Translations under genes and position numbers: made by a program
Part shown: positions 19,301-29,776 of the stretch, in pieces
Layout: each line of letters starts with the position of its first letter
How positions within the stretch are numbered: the stretch's first letter is position 1
Notes under the pieces: model-generated
Told to the model about the DNA's origin: nothing
What the model saw: only the letters and a program-made list of their open reading frames with translations
Databases searched by the model: none
IMG/VR virus record: IMGVR_UViG_3300048121_001678
Coordinates: 1 to 64,000 of that record
Length of the DNA stretch: 64,000 nt
Reading direction: 5' to 3' (one strand)

Positions 19301-19462
19301 TTATTTTTTAAAGGGGTCTTTCGTTAATGATACTGAACAGGCGATTATATTGTCAATCCATACTTTTTCAGGTTCCGATACATTTTCTCTATTGAACTTC
19401 CTAACTCGATTATTTGAAGAGGTAATAACAATATTATTGTTATCTATAACCTTAATCAACAT
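19301..19462 (-). CDS. Hypothetical 53-aa protein (not in ORF track)
   Basis: Translated by hand, MLIKVIDNNNIVITSSNNRVRKF...; ATG overlaps the end of the MTase gene. Confidence 0.55.
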   Translation of the reverse strand: MLIKVIDNNNIVITSSNNRVRKFNRENVSEPEKVWIDNIIACSVSLTKDPFKK

Positions 19463-20327
19463 TTAATTCTAATTCAACTTGTTTTTGTTTATCCTTATAA
19501 TCATTAATTCTTTGTATCGCAACTTCACAATAGTTTGGTGAGATATCACACCCTAACCATGGTCTACCTAACATCTCAGATGCCAAACATGTTGTACCCG
19601 AACCATTAAATGGGTCAAAAACTAAATCCTCTTTATACGAAAGAATTTTAATTGCTCTATAAGGAATATCTAAAGAAAATGTTGCCTTGGTTTTTGTCTG
19701 AGTATCTGCAAAATAATTCCATTGTCCGAAAACCAACGACATGAAGTCTTTCTTATCTTTATCATCGTATACCAATTTCTTTCTAAACTCACCCTCAATC
19801 TTCTCGTTTGGTACCATCTGATGCTCACCTTCCCATTGAGGAGTTCCTTTAACCTGTTTCTTAGAAACGTTCTTATACGCTAAGATGACACACTCCTTTG
19901 GGTTATAGATATATGGTGCTGATGGACTCATCCAACTTCCCCACGCAGTAGTCTTACTTCTATGTGGTGAACTTTCCTCTAAATCTACAATACCAAAAAA
20001 TCCAAATCCCAATTGTTTCATTACCTGCCAAACCTCAGATGAGAAGTATATACGACCACCTTTCTTTTGACGGTTAATTTCATAGGGAATGTTCAATGCA
20101 ATACGACCATCGTCCCTTAGTACTCTGTGTGCGGCTTGTAACCATTCACGAGTAAACCTCATATACTCATCAAAGTATTTATCATCATCCCAACTATCAT
20201 AATCAATCCCAACACCATAAGGTGGTGAGGTAACAATTAAGTCAACTGATTTCTCAGGCATCTCTTTCATGAACTTCACTGTGTCTGAACAGTGAATATC
20301 ACCAATTAATTCTTTCATTTCTTTCAT
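19452..20327 (-). CDS. DNA methyltransferase, N4C/N6A beta class
   Basis: Catalytic VTSPPY motif precedes the SAM-binding DPFNGSGTT motif. Confidence 0.92.
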   Translation of the reverse strand: MKEMKELIGDIHCSDTVKFMKEMPEKSVDLIVTSPPYGVGIDYDSWDDDKYFDEYMRFTREWLQAAHRVLRDDGRIALNIPYEINRQKKGGRIYFSSEVWQVMKQLGFGFFGIVDLEESSPHRSKTTAWGSWMSPSAPYIYNPKECVILAYKNVSKKQVKGTPQWEGEHQMVPNEKIEGEFRKKLVYDDKDKKDFMSLVFGQWNYFADTQTKTKATFSLDIPYRAIKILSYKEDLVFDPFNGSGTTCLASEMLGRPWLGCDISPNYCEVAIQRINDYKDKQKQVELELNVD

Positions 20328-20332
20328 TTATT

Positions 20333-20500
20333 CTATTTTCTAAACATTCCTATTATAAAAACCGTTAAACTTAATGGCCAAAATGATATTACAAATAGTC
20401 TCTCACCAAATGTGAAACCTTCTTTAGTTATTTTATTAACAGAAAGCTCCATAAGGAAACCAACTAAAACTCCTACCATAAAGTAATTAACAATTATCAT
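20333..20500 (-). CDS. Small two-helix membrane protein (55 aa, not in ORF track)
   Basis: MIIVNYFMVGVLVGFLMEL...LFVILFWPLSLTVFIIGMFRK; ATGA overlap with the upstream gene. Confidence 0.65.
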   Translation of the reverse strand: MIIVNYFMVGVLVGFLMELSVNKITKEGFTFGERLFVISFWPLSLTVFIIGMFRK

Positions 20501-20721
20501 TCACCCATAGTTTTTATACGTCTCTCTAAATACCATAGTGCTTTTTTAAGGTCTTGTAAAGGAGGGTTATCATCTTTTTTACCGCTTCTAACCATATATT
20601 TCAATACGTTGAAAAGGTAAGCATCTTTATCTAACCCTGTCGCTTCAGCTATCTTTACAACCTCATACGGGTTTTCTTCTCCACCATAATGATTAGGGTG
20701 GTTTACCATCTCTTTACCCAT
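20497..20721 (-). CDS. DUF3310 family protein
   Basis: VNHPNHY...NVLKYMVRSGKK...DLKKALWYLER. Confidence 0.85.
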   Translation of the reverse strand: MGKEMVNHPNHYGGEENPYEVVKIAEATGLDKDAYLFNVLKYMVRSGKKDDNPPLQDLKKALWYLERRIKTMGE

Positions 20722-20918
20722 TACTTTTTTTTATTTTTTAAACTATAATACCCTTTTTGTTTAGACTCTACAATGATACCACTTTCAATACCTCTATTCA
20801 AAACTTCAACAGTCTCTTCTACGGTTTTTAATAGAATATATTTGGCAATATAATTAACATGAATTGGTAATCTTAATTTACCTTCTAACTTTTCAAAATC
20901 TGTTTGTGTTCTACTCAT
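20721..20918 (-). CDS. Hypothetical protein
   Basis: 65-aa coupled ORF. Confidence 0.65.
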   Translation of the reverse strand: MSRTQTDFEKLEGKLRLPIHVNYIAKYILLKTVEETVEVLNRGIESGIIVESKQKGYYSLKNKKK

Positions 20919-21093
20919 CTTCTAATAATTTAATAATTTCGTCTTTTGTATTCCCACTCATGTAAAGGTCTAAAAATTTAGACGACCACTTATCTGTGGT
21001 TATCAGTGCATCTGCATTAAGTACGGTCTTTAGAGTATTGTCCTCTAACCCAATAATAAATTCTTTATTTAAATATCTTTTATTGAAACCCAT
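20911..21093 (-). CDS. Hypothetical protein
   Basis: 60-aa ORF (MGFNKRYL...). Confidence 0.6.
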   Translation of the reverse strand: MGFNKRYLNKEFIIGLEDNTLKTVLNADALITTDKWSSKFLDLYMSGNTKDEIIKLLEDE

Positions 21094-21476
21094 TTGTGTT
21101 CTGAATTAAGTCTTACCGATGCTATGTGTTCTAAATTCCATTCCTTTGGTGATATCAAAGATAAGAAATATTTTTCATTTCTTCCAATATATAAGTGATA
21201 TATTTCACCTATTACTGGTTCAAACGAGTATTTTGAGTTATATATCATGTCGTTTAGTTCGACCTCATCTATCAAGTGATTATACTCGTCAACTAATTCT
21301 TTATACTTGGCATTGAAGGTTTTTTGTACTCTATGGACACCTCTCTCTTTAAAAGCACCAACATCGTCTAACTTTATTACAGGACCACTAACATTAGTGG
21401 CGTATGGTAATATACTGGCATTATATTTACCTGATTTCTCATCATAGGCTATGTTATCTGGTTTCTTTACACCCAT
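21069..21476 (-). CDS. DUF2452-like protein
   Basis: SKYSFEPVIGEIYHLY...FLSLISPKEW pattern. Confidence 0.65.
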   Translation of the reverse strand: MGVKKPDNIAYDEKSGKYNASILPYATNVSGPVIKLDDVGAFKERGVHRVQKTFNAKYKELVDEYNHLIDEVELNDMIYNSKYSFEPVIGEIYHLYIGRNEKYFLSLISPKEWNLEHIASVRLNSEHKWVSIKDI

Positions 21477-21483
21477 AAGTATT

Positions 21484-22266
21484 TTAATCGTTTTTAAGTT
21501 CTTCTAACTTAATAGTCTGAAATAAATATCCCATCACTTTTCTTCTTATTAGTGGTAATAGGCACCCTTCTAATGGGAAGTTTTGACTAATTAAAACTTC
21601 AAATATTGGACTACTTAATTTAGCTTCTTCTCTTTTCTCTTCAGACCAATTCTCACAATCATCAAATAATTCACTATTCTTATAAAATAAACTAAACTCA
21701 TTAATAATACTTTGAGTTTCTTTGTGTTCTCCTTGATATATTTTTTTATAGTAACATTTATTTTCAAGTGATTTTTCAGTTAATCTTTTAACTATGAATT
21801 GATACATATATAACTCACCCATATAATCAAATTTAATATATCCATCAGCCCTCTTATCCCCCTTAATACTTTCCTCATTGATGACCTGTTTAATACTAAT
21901 ACTATCATTGATGAGTGACCATAAAGTCTTGGAAACCATAAATAAGTTTTTAAACTTATCGGAAGCAAATTCAGCAATTTTTAAGATTTCATTACTTTCT
22001 TCATCACTTTTAGTTCTAATGGTATTATAAACTAAATCTGTTAAAAGTATTTCGTCATCAATGTCTTCAGGTATTCTTTTGAGTGTAATAAATTGACCGT
22101 CACTTAGGACTCTTGACATACTAGAATAGTGTATCGTAAGTTCCTGAAAAGAAGGGTATAGCTCAAACCTATCTAACTTTTCCTCTACTTTTTTAACGTA
22201 GTCTAAAACTAAATATTGCTTGTACTCTAAGTCTATTGGTTGCTCAATTATCCAATCATATTCCAT
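21484..22266 (-). CDS. Conserved hypothetical protein (Bacteroidota-like)
   Basis: 260 aa; DLEYKQYLVLDY...LYPSFQEL N-terminus. Confidence 0.7.
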   Translation of the reverse strand: MEYDWIIEQPIDLEYKQYLVLDYVKKVEEKLDRFELYPSFQELTIHYSSMSRVLSDGQFITLKRIPEDIDDEILLTDLVYNTIRTKSDEESNEILKIAEFASDKFKNLFMVSKTLWSLINDSISIKQVINEESIKGDKRADGYIKFDYMGELYMYQFIVKRLTEKSLENKCYYKKIYQGEHKETQSIINEFSLFYKNSELFDDCENWSEEKREEAKLSSPIFEVLISQNFPLEGCLLPLIRRKVMGYLFQTIKLEELKND

Positions 22267-22302
22267 ACTAAAATTTTAATATAATATAATAGAATTGTTG
22301 TA

Positions 22303-23907
22303 TTATTCAACTCTATACACAAAATACGTCGTATTGTTAACATCAGCCTCGTTTTCTAACCCATCATAAGGACCTAAAGATGGTCCTGTACCATCCATAT
22401 CAATAGCGTCTTCGACTAAACTATCAATATCAACATAATCTTCTAATGATAACCCCCAATCTCTCATATGTGATATAATATCTCTCTCCACATCATAAAG
22501 TCTATCCTCTAAAACTTCTTCAACCATCCCAACAGTTGGTTCACCTTCAGGGTCATTCTTTATATCTTCAATTTCATCATTTATTTCGTTCCATCTATCT
22601 TCAGCTAACTCTACCTCATCTTCATTATATACACCATCTACGTTTCTAGTTATTTCATCTAACTCCTCAGCCTCTTCTTCTAGTTTGGACACTTGATGTT
22701 CCTGTTTATCTGAAAGTGGTAAGTCACTTTCATCAAAGTAACTCTCAGGTGATTCATAAATATCAGACTCGAACAATTCACTGAAGTACTCAAGAACACT
22801 AGTTGTATCAATATGACTTTCGACAAAAGATTGGTTCCAACCCTCTAATCCTATATCATCTATTAAGTTTCTTTGGTCTTCTATTGCCGCTTCACGCACC
22901 TCATCCCAATCTCCAACTGCCCATGTACTATTTTGAAAGTCAAGACCTAACCACTCAAATGTGTCCAATCCGGAATGTGGATAGTCTGCAGGTACTAAAT
23001 CATATATTGTTTCATCATCATCTAAGGATAAACCGTAATTATCTACAATCACCTCAAAAACTGCATTAGCTTTATTCGACTCTTCAGTGTCTTCATCTAT
23101 TGACCATTCATTACCATTTTTCCTATCTTGAGCATCACGTAGTTTTCTAGCGTTTCTCTCTCTTTGTTGTTGGTTACGAATCCTAACCATCTCTAATCTA
23201 GCAGCCTCTTTATCTTTGAATATTTCAAGTTCTCGTTCAAAATTGTCTTTGAGGTATTTTTGTATATTACTATTAATTTTTTCCCATTCAGGGGTACCTA
23301 ATATCCATTCATTAGTAAACGCCCTGTCGGGTGCATCGAAAAACACTTGGTCTCCATGATATTTTTGAAGTAGAGCTACTTTGTAAAATCTATCCTGACT
23401 CTTTGCTTTCTTATCAATAATATAAAACAACTTCCCATCACGATTATAAGTGTCAAAATGTGACGAACCTTGTTTGGATGCAGTACACCACTTAGTCCCT
23501 GCACCGTAGTAACAAGAGGCGTCATGAGTTTCAGGTGTTACAACTACAAACCTTTCGTCTTCATATACTTGTTTGGCACCATCAAGTTCTTTAACGTCTC
23601 TCCTAACTTTATTCTCATGAGCATCAATTGCTGTTTGTATATCTGATATCTTGTCATATAAATAAATGTCTTTAACAGGTAATACTTTTTGATATTTAAT
23701 AAAGTTACCGATAACCTCTTTAACTTTATTAATATCTATATTACCACTTTCTAACGCGTTACCTAAGAACATTAAATATTTGTGGTTGGACGCTAGGTCT
23801 CTAGAAAGTAAGAATATACTTTTCAGTTCATCGTTGGTAAACTTCTCTCTAAACTTTTTTAGGAAGTCATCCTTTCTTCCTTCTACTAATAACTGACTTA
23901 ATTGCAT
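22303..23907 (-). CDS. PcfJ-like/WCT-motif protein with acidic C-terminal region (start re-set to MQLSQLLVEG)
   Basis: ASCYYGAGTKWCTAS...FDTY...GKLFYII; TATTTAT at 23923-23929 favours the downstream ATG. Confidence 0.65.
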   Translation of the reverse strand: MQLSQLLVEGRKDDFLKKFREKFTNDELKSIFLLSRDLASNHKYLMFLGNALESGNIDINKVKEVIGNFIKYQKVLPVKDIYLYDKISDIQTAIDAHENKVRRDVKELDGAKQVYEDERFVVVTPETHDASCYYGAGTKWCTASKQGSSHFDTYNRDGKLFYIIDKKAKSQDRFYKVALLQKYHGDQVFFDAPDRAFTNEWILGTPEWEKINSNIQKYLKDNFERELEIFKDKEAARLEMVRIRNQQQRERNARKLRDAQDRKNGNEWSIDEDTEESNKANAVFEVIVDNYGLSLDDDETIYDLVPADYPHSGLDTFEWLGLDFQNSTWAVGDWDEVREAAIEDQRNLIDDIGLEGWNQSFVESHIDTTSVLEYFSELFESDIYESPESYFDESDLPLSDKQEHQVSKLEEEAEELDEITRNVDGVYNEDEVELAEDRWNEINDEIEDIKNDPEGEPTVGMVEEVLEDRLYDVERDIISHMRDWGLSLEDYVDIDSLVEDAIDMDGTGPSLGPYDGLENEADVNNTTYFVYRVE

Positions 23908-23932
23908 GTCTAATATTTTACTATAAATACTT

Positions 23933-24571
23933 TTATATCCAAGAATCTTTCTCATAACCGAATTTAGTGAAGTACGGTCTCATTCTTTCATAAACATAGT
24001 CCGCAATCTCTTGAGTATAAAATCTCTTATATTTTTGAAATTGACCTTCATAAACATCATAAGGTGAACCATTTTTATATAAATTATTATTAATAGTATC
24101 ATTAATAATATCATCCATGTGCTCATCATGTTCAAAAAACGGTAATTTACGTAAGTCATCTTCCATTGTTTCCATATGAATAATAAAGTCAGGTTCTTTG
24201 TGAAAATGAACCCACTGTCTTAAGAAAAACGTTCCATAAGATTCCATATTACCTTTACTAAAATGTTGAGTTTTAAGGTAGTCAAAAAAATCCAATTCTT
24301 CCCCATTTTCTTTATACTCAGTTAATATATCAAGATATGATGACACCACTAACGAATACGGGTTTCTAACGTTACATATTAATTTATAGTTTTTAGTACC
24401 TTTAGGAAATCCCTGTTCATGAGTAAATGAAACTTTTTCACCGCAATAATCTTTATGAATATGATTATATAAGTCTTCAACACCCATAGACATAAAATAA
24501 CCATACGTTGTTCTTGAAGCACATCCAGCGGTTCCCCACCAAACAAATTTAAATTTTTCACTTACATTCAT
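23933..24571 (-). CDS. Sulfotransferase-family (Sulfotransfer_2-like) protein (start re-set to MNVSEKF)
   Basis: VRNPYSLVVSSY, DFIIHMETMEDD and YTQEIADYVYE...FGY; the canonical 5'-PSB Lys is not evident (GTAGCASRT). Confidence 0.7.
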   Translation of the reverse strand: MNVSEKFKFVWWGTAGCASRTTYGYFMSMGVEDLYNHIHKDYCGEKVSFTHEQGFPKGTKNYKLICNVRNPYSLVVSSYLDILTEYKENGEELDFFDYLKTQHFSKGNMESYGTFFLRQWVHFHKEPDFIIHMETMEDDLRKLPFFEHDEHMDDIINDTINNNLYKNGSPYDVYEGQFQKYKRFYTQEIADYVYERMRPYFTKFGYEKDSWI

Positions 24572-24646
24572 ATTTACTGATTTTACTTTAAACGTATATT
24601 TATTGGTATATATAATAAAGTTAAACTTAAATAAAGAAATATCATT

Positions 24647-24778
24647 ATGGGATGCGGTTGTAAAAACAAACAAAATAATCAAGCTAAGACTCAGACACAA
24701 ACTCAGTCACAAAACACACAAACTCAGGTACAAAACGCCATTAAAAAAACGGTTGAGAAGTATTACGAAAAGAAGTAA
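24647..24778 (+). CDS. 43-aa MGCGCK micro-protein (not in ORF track)
   Basis: MGCGCKNKQNNQAKTQTQTQSQNTQTQVQNAIKKTVEKYYEKK, followed by a terminator at about 24805-24830. Confidence 0.65.
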   Translation: MGCGCKNKQNNQAKTQTQTQSQNTQTQVQNAIKKTVEKYYEKK

Positions 24779-24856
24779 TATTTCAAAAACTTAAAGATTA
24801 AAACAAAAGGAGATTAATTCTCCTTTTTTTTGTATTTATAGTAAATTAACATTACA

Positions 24857-25831
24857 ATGGACTTAATTGAATTTTTAGAAGATAACGACCTCGGAGATTT
24901 CATCAAGAAATATTTCAACGGTAATACTGAGTCTTTTATGAAATTCCTTCAATCTAAAGGTATTATTGAGGAGATGATGGACCACCTAATAGAAGAAGGT
25001 TATCTAACTGATGTTATGAATATATACTACGAGGATAACCCTAAGTTTGTCATTGAGTTCTTATTGGGTTACCTTGACGATGTTTTTATGGATGGTGGTA
25101 AATATTGGATGCAAATTAGCCGTGAAGATATGTTTAGGTTTTTTGAAGATGATAGAGATAATTCTCAAGGATTAGCCAAATTAGTATTACAGGAAGATGT
25201 ACCTTTTTTAGATATAAACTCTGAAATTTATGACCTCACTGATTTTATTAGCGACCTTACACCTGAGAATGTAAGTTATCTAAAGTCTTTGGTTTATAAT
25301 GAAGTTGAAGGTAAGGAAGTTGAAATCGATGGGGTAAAAGATATTGTTACTGTAGATGTCATCAACAATATGGATGACGATGAATTATCAAAATTAATCA
25401 AAGAAAGTTCACCTAACGTATTATCAGAATTGGAAGGTATTAATAGGAGCGCTGAAGAATCTGCCATCTACGACGAATTGTACGATGACGTAATGAATGG
25501 ATTACGAGACTTATTTGATGAACATTTCTTCTCACGTGAGATTCCATATAAAAGGAAGACTTACAAATCCGGAACCAATGAACCAATCGAAGTTCAAGAT
25601 TTTCACTACCAGGTAGACGTAACAAAACTTTTACCAAAAGTCGTTAAGGAAGTATTAAGTTGGGGAGGTTACAGTAGTGATAACGACTTTGAATATTACG
25701 GTAGCTTAGAATCACTTTTAGAATATTACTTAGATGAAGAAGGTGAACAAATTCGAGTATCTTGGCCTGAATGGGCTGACGATGAAAAAGTCAGAGAATT
25801 TATCAATGACAACTTCCAAGATTATCTATAA
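24857..25831 (+). CDS. Hypothetical acidic protein
   Basis: 324-aa ORF; TATTTAT at 24833-24839. Confidence 0.75.
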   Translation: MDLIEFLEDNDLGDFIKKYFNGNTESFMKFLQSKGIIEEMMDHLIEEGYLTDVMNIYYEDNPKFVIEFLLGYLDDVFMDGGKYWMQISREDMFRFFEDDRDNSQGLAKLVLQEDVPFLDINSEIYDLTDFISDLTPENVSYLKSLVYNEVEGKEVEIDGVKDIVTVDVINNMDDDELSKLIKESSPNVLSELEGINRSAEESAIYDELYDDVMNGLRDLFDEHFFSREIPYKRKTYKSGTNEPIEVQDFHYQVDVTKLLPKVVKEVLSWGGYSSDNDFEYYGSLESLLEYYLDEEGEQIRVSWPEWADDEKVREFINDNFQDYL

Positions 25832-25884
25832 TATCTTATTTTCTTTAGTCTCTTTATACTTATATTTTAAATAAAAATTAAAAC

Positions 25885-26463
25885 ATGAGAGTAAATTCAT
25901 TAATTATAGATGATTTCTACAATAATCCTTATGAGGTTAGAGAATTTGCATTAGAACAGGATTTCAACGTCACAGGTACCTTTCCAGGTTTTAGAACCAA
26001 ACCATTCGTAAATGAATCCATTAAAGACACTATCGGAGATATTCTTAGACCTTTTGCTGGTGAAATTACATGGTGGGGTGGTGAGTACACAGGCTCATTT
26101 CAATTCACAACCTCAGATGACCGCTCATGGATACATTCAGATTCATATACTGATTGGGCAGGTGTATTATATTTAACACCTGACGCACCAATTACTGCAG
26201 GTACAGGAATCTATAGACATAAACATACAGGACTAATTAATTGGGATTATGAATTACATAAAGATGATGATTTTGACCCGAAATCACCCATAGAAACCGC
26301 GAGAGATATAACTAAGTGGGAGCAAGTTGATAGATATGGTAATTTATTTAACCGACTAGTTATGTATAGAGCGGATAACTTCCACATTTCATTAGATTAC
26401 TTCGGTAAAGATTTAAATGATGGGAGACTTTTCCAAGTATTCTTTTTTAACACCGAAAAATAA
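25885..26463 (+). CDS. 2OG-Fe(II) oxygenase-like protein (DUF6445-like)
   Basis: IIDDFYNNP, FPGFRT, WIHSD (HxD), AGVLYL, NRLVMY...FH and RLFQVFFF. Confidence 0.75.
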   Translation: MRVNSLIIDDFYNNPYEVREFALEQDFNVTGTFPGFRTKPFVNESIKDTIGDILRPFAGEITWWGGEYTGSFQFTTSDDRSWIHSDSYTDWAGVLYLTPDAPITAGTGIYRHKHTGLINWDYELHKDDDFDPKSPIETARDITKWEQVDRYGNLFNRLVMYRADNFHISLDYFGKDLNDGRLFQVFFFNTEK

Positions 26464-26465
26464 CC

Positions 26466-27197
26466 ATGAAACATTTTTTTAATCAACCACTTATTAACCC
26501 TAACTTAGATGTTGAGAGTTTAAAAAATGAATTTAACAATAATAGAGTTGTTGTAATTAAAAACTTTTTAAACCCGATAATAGCCGAAAAACTACATAAG
26601 TGGTTTACAGAAGAAATGCCTAAGGACTGGTGGAGAATATCTTCATACCCAAAAATGGACGGTGAAGATGGTTTTGATTTATTACCTTTTGATGATAAAT
26701 TCTTACCTCAAATACAAGAAATGTATACACATTCAATAAATTCATTTAAGGATGATAAGTTTTCTTACAATTTTCATAGAACCGTTAATGACCATCAAGA
26801 CACTTGTAACTGTTATGAGTGTGGATTTAGAGACGCACTGATAAGTGATGAAATTTTAAATTTCTTAAATGGTATAACCAACCAAGGCCTAACAAGTACT
26901 GACGAAGTGTTTGGTGCGGTATATTTACCAGGTGACTTCTTAGCACCACATCAAGATTCACCGAACGGAACATTAGGTTTTACTTTACAATTATCCAAAA
27001 ATTGGAAACCTCAATTTGGTGGTAATCTACATTTTATGGACGGTCCTAATGGTGATATTGAAAGAGTTGTAGTACCTACTTTCAATACATTAACTATTTT
27101 TGATTTACCTAAAGGGATTGGTAAATGGCATTATGTATCTACAGTTTCACCAGGTGTTGAAGAATTAAGACTCACTTACGCTGGGTGGTTCAAATAA
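26466..27197 (+). CDS. 2OG-Fe(II) dioxygenase, prolyl-hydroxylase-like
   Basis: YLPGDFLAPHQD (HxD), W..QFGGNLHF, PTFNTLTIF, HYVSTV and RLTYAGWF. Confidence 0.85.
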   Translation: MKHFFNQPLINPNLDVESLKNEFNNNRVVVIKNFLNPIIAEKLHKWFTEEMPKDWWRISSYPKMDGEDGFDLLPFDDKFLPQIQEMYTHSINSFKDDKFSYNFHRTVNDHQDTCNCYECGFRDALISDEILNFLNGITNQGLTSTDEVFGAVYLPGDFLAPHQDSPNGTLGFTLQLSKNWKPQFGGNLHFMDGPNGDIERVVVPTFNTLTIFDLPKGIGKWHYVSTVSPGVEELRLTYAGWFK

Positions 27198-27632
27198 TTC
27201 AGGGTTGGTATATATTGATAGGTTTGTTAATGTTTCAATACAGTAGCATTCAGAATATGAAGTCTTATGTTCATCATATTTTTTAAACCCTAACATAAGT
27301 GGTCTAAACATATGATTACGACTATCCCAAAGTAAATCATAATCATACCCTAAGTCGGTTAATATATCATATACTTCATAATGATATGATTCGACAATTT
27401 TAATATCAGGTATTTCTTGATTAAATTCAATCAACTCATTTCTTAATTCGATTAAATTTTTTTTTGTTGTATCTATTTTTTTTACAAATGTTGGATATAT
27501 TGATAGCATATCATAAAATTGTGTTGTTCCTTCAATCTTTTTACCCTGATTCATGTTATAAACCATTAAGATAAAAGGAGTTTCGGAATCTATTAAACTC
27601 TGAAACTCCTCTTTACTATATCTTATTAACAT
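27165..27632 (-). CDS. Hypothetical protein
   Basis: 155-aa ORF within the hydroxylase cluster. Confidence 0.65.
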   Translation of the reverse strand: MLIRYSKEEFQSLIDSETPFILMVYNMNQGKKIEGTTQFYDMLSIYPTFVKKIDTTKKNLIELRNELIEFNQEIPDIKIVESYHYEVYDILTDLGYDYDLLWDSRNHMFRPLMLGFKKYDEHKTSYSECYCIETLTNLSIYTNPELFEPPSVSES

Positions 27633-27633
27633 A

Positions 27634-28251
27634 TTATTTGTAGTTTGGTCCTGATATCCATGCGACTAAAGATTTACGGTTACCTTCAATCACTGGTAAT
27701 ACTCTGTGTAAAATAAATGATGGGAATACTATCACACCACCTCTTTTCTTTGGAAGGTCTAAATCTCTTGAACCAATCTTTAAATTGATGTCTCCTCCTT
27801 CATAATCTTCTTCATCACTTAACTGTACAATGATTGAAAGTTTTCTGTGTGACACACCTGGTCCAATATCAGCATGCCATGAATAATGTCCTTCATCCTC
27901 ACCGAAGTATTGTGTATACTGTAATGTATCACCAAAACCAATAAGGTCGAAATTCCAATTCATTTCAACATTAGCTTCAATTGATGCCGCCGCTAACCTA
28001 TCAAAAATCCATTTAGTTTCATTAGATATGTCAATCCAACCAACTTTACTTCTTCTTATTTCAGGAACAATATGTAACCCATCTTCTCCACCACCTACTT
28101 CAGCATCTGATAAATTTGTTAATTCACCCCACTGAATGATGTAGTCTAATTCTTCATCAGTGAAGATATCCTCGAAATAATAATAGTGTAAATGTTCAAC
28201 CATTTTATCACGGTAGAACTCAACAAACGGGTCTGAATAAATGTATTCCAT
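27634..28251 (-). CDS. 2OG-Fe(II) dioxygenase, PKHD/P4H-type
   Basis: QYTQY, HYSWHAD, RKLSIIVQLS, YEGGD, VFPSFILHRV and RKSLVAWISGP. Confidence 0.9.
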   Translation of the reverse strand: MEYIYSDPFVEFYRDKMVEHLHYYYFEDIFTDEELDYIIQWGELTNLSDAEVGGGEDGLHIVPEIRRSKVGWIDISNETKWIFDRLAAASIEANVEMNWNFDLIGFGDTLQYTQYFGEDEGHYSWHADIGPGVSHRKLSIIVQLSDEEDYEGGDINLKIGSRDLDLPKKRGGVIVFPSFILHRVLPVIEGNRKSLVAWISGPNYK

Positions 28252-28306
28252 ATCTTTAATTTTTAAAAATATAAACTAACATTGTAATTAAATAAATAAG
28301 AAACAT

Positions 28307-29776
28307 ATGAAAATTATAGATACATTTATGTTTAGAGATGAACTCGACCTTTTGGAGTTCAGATTAGAATATCTTTATGACCATGTAGACTACTTTGTAT
28401 TAGTTGAATCTAACGTAACACATAGAGGTAATCCTAAAACTATATTCTATTCTTTATATAAAGACCGTTTTGAAAAATATCAAGATAAAATAATACATGT
28501 ATTATCAACTGAAATACCTAAAGTAGTGAGTGGTACTATGACAAAAGAAGATAAATATGTGTACCGTGAAAAATTACAAAGGAGTAAAATATTAGATGGT
28601 TTGTCTGAAATAAATGTTTCATATGAAGATATCATATTAGTTTCTGATATTGATGAGGTACCTGACCCTAAGACATTTAATACTCTACCTAAATTATTAT
28701 CTATGTCACCAGTTATATTTAAACAAGATTGGTTAGTATGGAACGGTACATTAAAAAGAAAAGATAAATGGTTAGGTACTACTGCGTTCTATAAGACACA
28801 TTTAATACAAGACCCAATTGAAATAAATAATACTCGACAATACGATATAATGAATAACCCAAGTGATTATTTATCTATTGATTCAGGTTGGCATCTTAAT
28901 TGGTTTGGTGATATAGATGATTCACTTAATAAAGTTTTTAACTCTTCTAATCGAGAAAGAGATTTTAATTATTACCACTTAAAAAAAACTTTTAGAGATT
29001 TAATAATCGACAAAAGGTACCCACATACTAACCCAACCAAAATAGAATATTTAGAATCAACTAATGATTATGATATCCCCGATAATTTACCATTTTTTGA
29101 TGTGAGTAAATACCCATCAGTATATGATGTGGTCATTTATGATGGTGAAGAGGAGGCTCTATTAATAAGACTTAATGAGTTATATCTTTCTGTCGATTAT
29201 TTTGTAATCTTTGAAGGTAAACATAATAAAGATAAGTTTTTATATCCTGAGATTTTTGATAAAATTAGAGATTTTGAAGATAAAATTATTTACGTACAAT
29301 TAGACGATTACAGTTCAATGAATAATACGGTATTCGAATTTGAGACTTCGATGATTAAAGAAACTCTATCTCATCTTAATCTGAAAGATAACGATTATAT
29401 TTATTTTTCCGATATAGAATGCATCCCATCTTTTGATAATTTTGAAAATAATATGTATGACTTTGAAAGATACGAATTAGAGTTCGTATCACTTAGAATG
29501 AGATGGTTCTATAAAGATTTTAAACATGAGTTAACTGATAGGTATTACGGTACAATCCTAACTAATTGGTCTAAATTAAAGCATAGTAGTCTAAGTGAGT
29601 TTTATTACTTAAGAAACGAACCTGTTTATTCAGTAATTTATGATAGAGGTTTTTACTTATGTAACTTTTATAAAGATAATTACACTCTATATGATATAGA
29701 TGTGGTTATACCTACAATAGACGATAACTACTTACCGAAATATATTAATAATGACTATTTAATTGATTTTGTATAA
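28307..29776 (+). CDS. Tandem GT17 (MGAT3-like) glycosyltransferase
   Basis: IIDTFMFRDELDLLEFRL...VDYFVLVES...SDIDEVP...GWHLNWF; a second, degenerate copy begins VYDVVIYDGEEEALLIRL. Confidence 0.8.
   Translation: MKIIDTFMFRDELDLLEFRLEYLYDHVDYFVLVESNVTHRGNPKTIFYSLYKDRFEKYQDKIIHVLSTEIPKVVSGTMTKEDKYVYREKLQRSKILDGLSEINVSYEDIILVSDIDEVPDPKTFNTLPKLLSMSPVIFKQDWLVWNGTLKRKDKWLGTTAFYKTHLIQDPIEINNTRQYDIMNNPSDYLSIDSGWHLNWFGDIDDSLNKVFNSSNRERDFNYYHLKKTFRDLIIDKRYPHTNPTKIEYLESTNDYDIPDNLPFFDVSKYPSVYDVVIYDGEEEALLIRLNELYLSVDYFVIFEGKHNKDKFLYPEIFDKIRDFEDKIIYVQLDDYSSMNNTVFEFETSMIKETLSHLNLKDNDYIYFSDIECIPSFDNFENNMYDFERYELEFVSLRMRWFYKDFKHELTDRYYGTILTNWSKLKHSSLSEFYYLRNEPVYSVIYDRGFYLCNFYKDNYTLYDIDVVIPTIDDNYLPKYINNDYLIDFV

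Noticed and set aside
23908-24700. Longer upstream starts in the ORF track (23955, 24700; also 13055, 51031, 61480)
   Set aside because: The extensions overlap promoter motifs or other genes and lack family similarity, so downstream ATGs were chosen.
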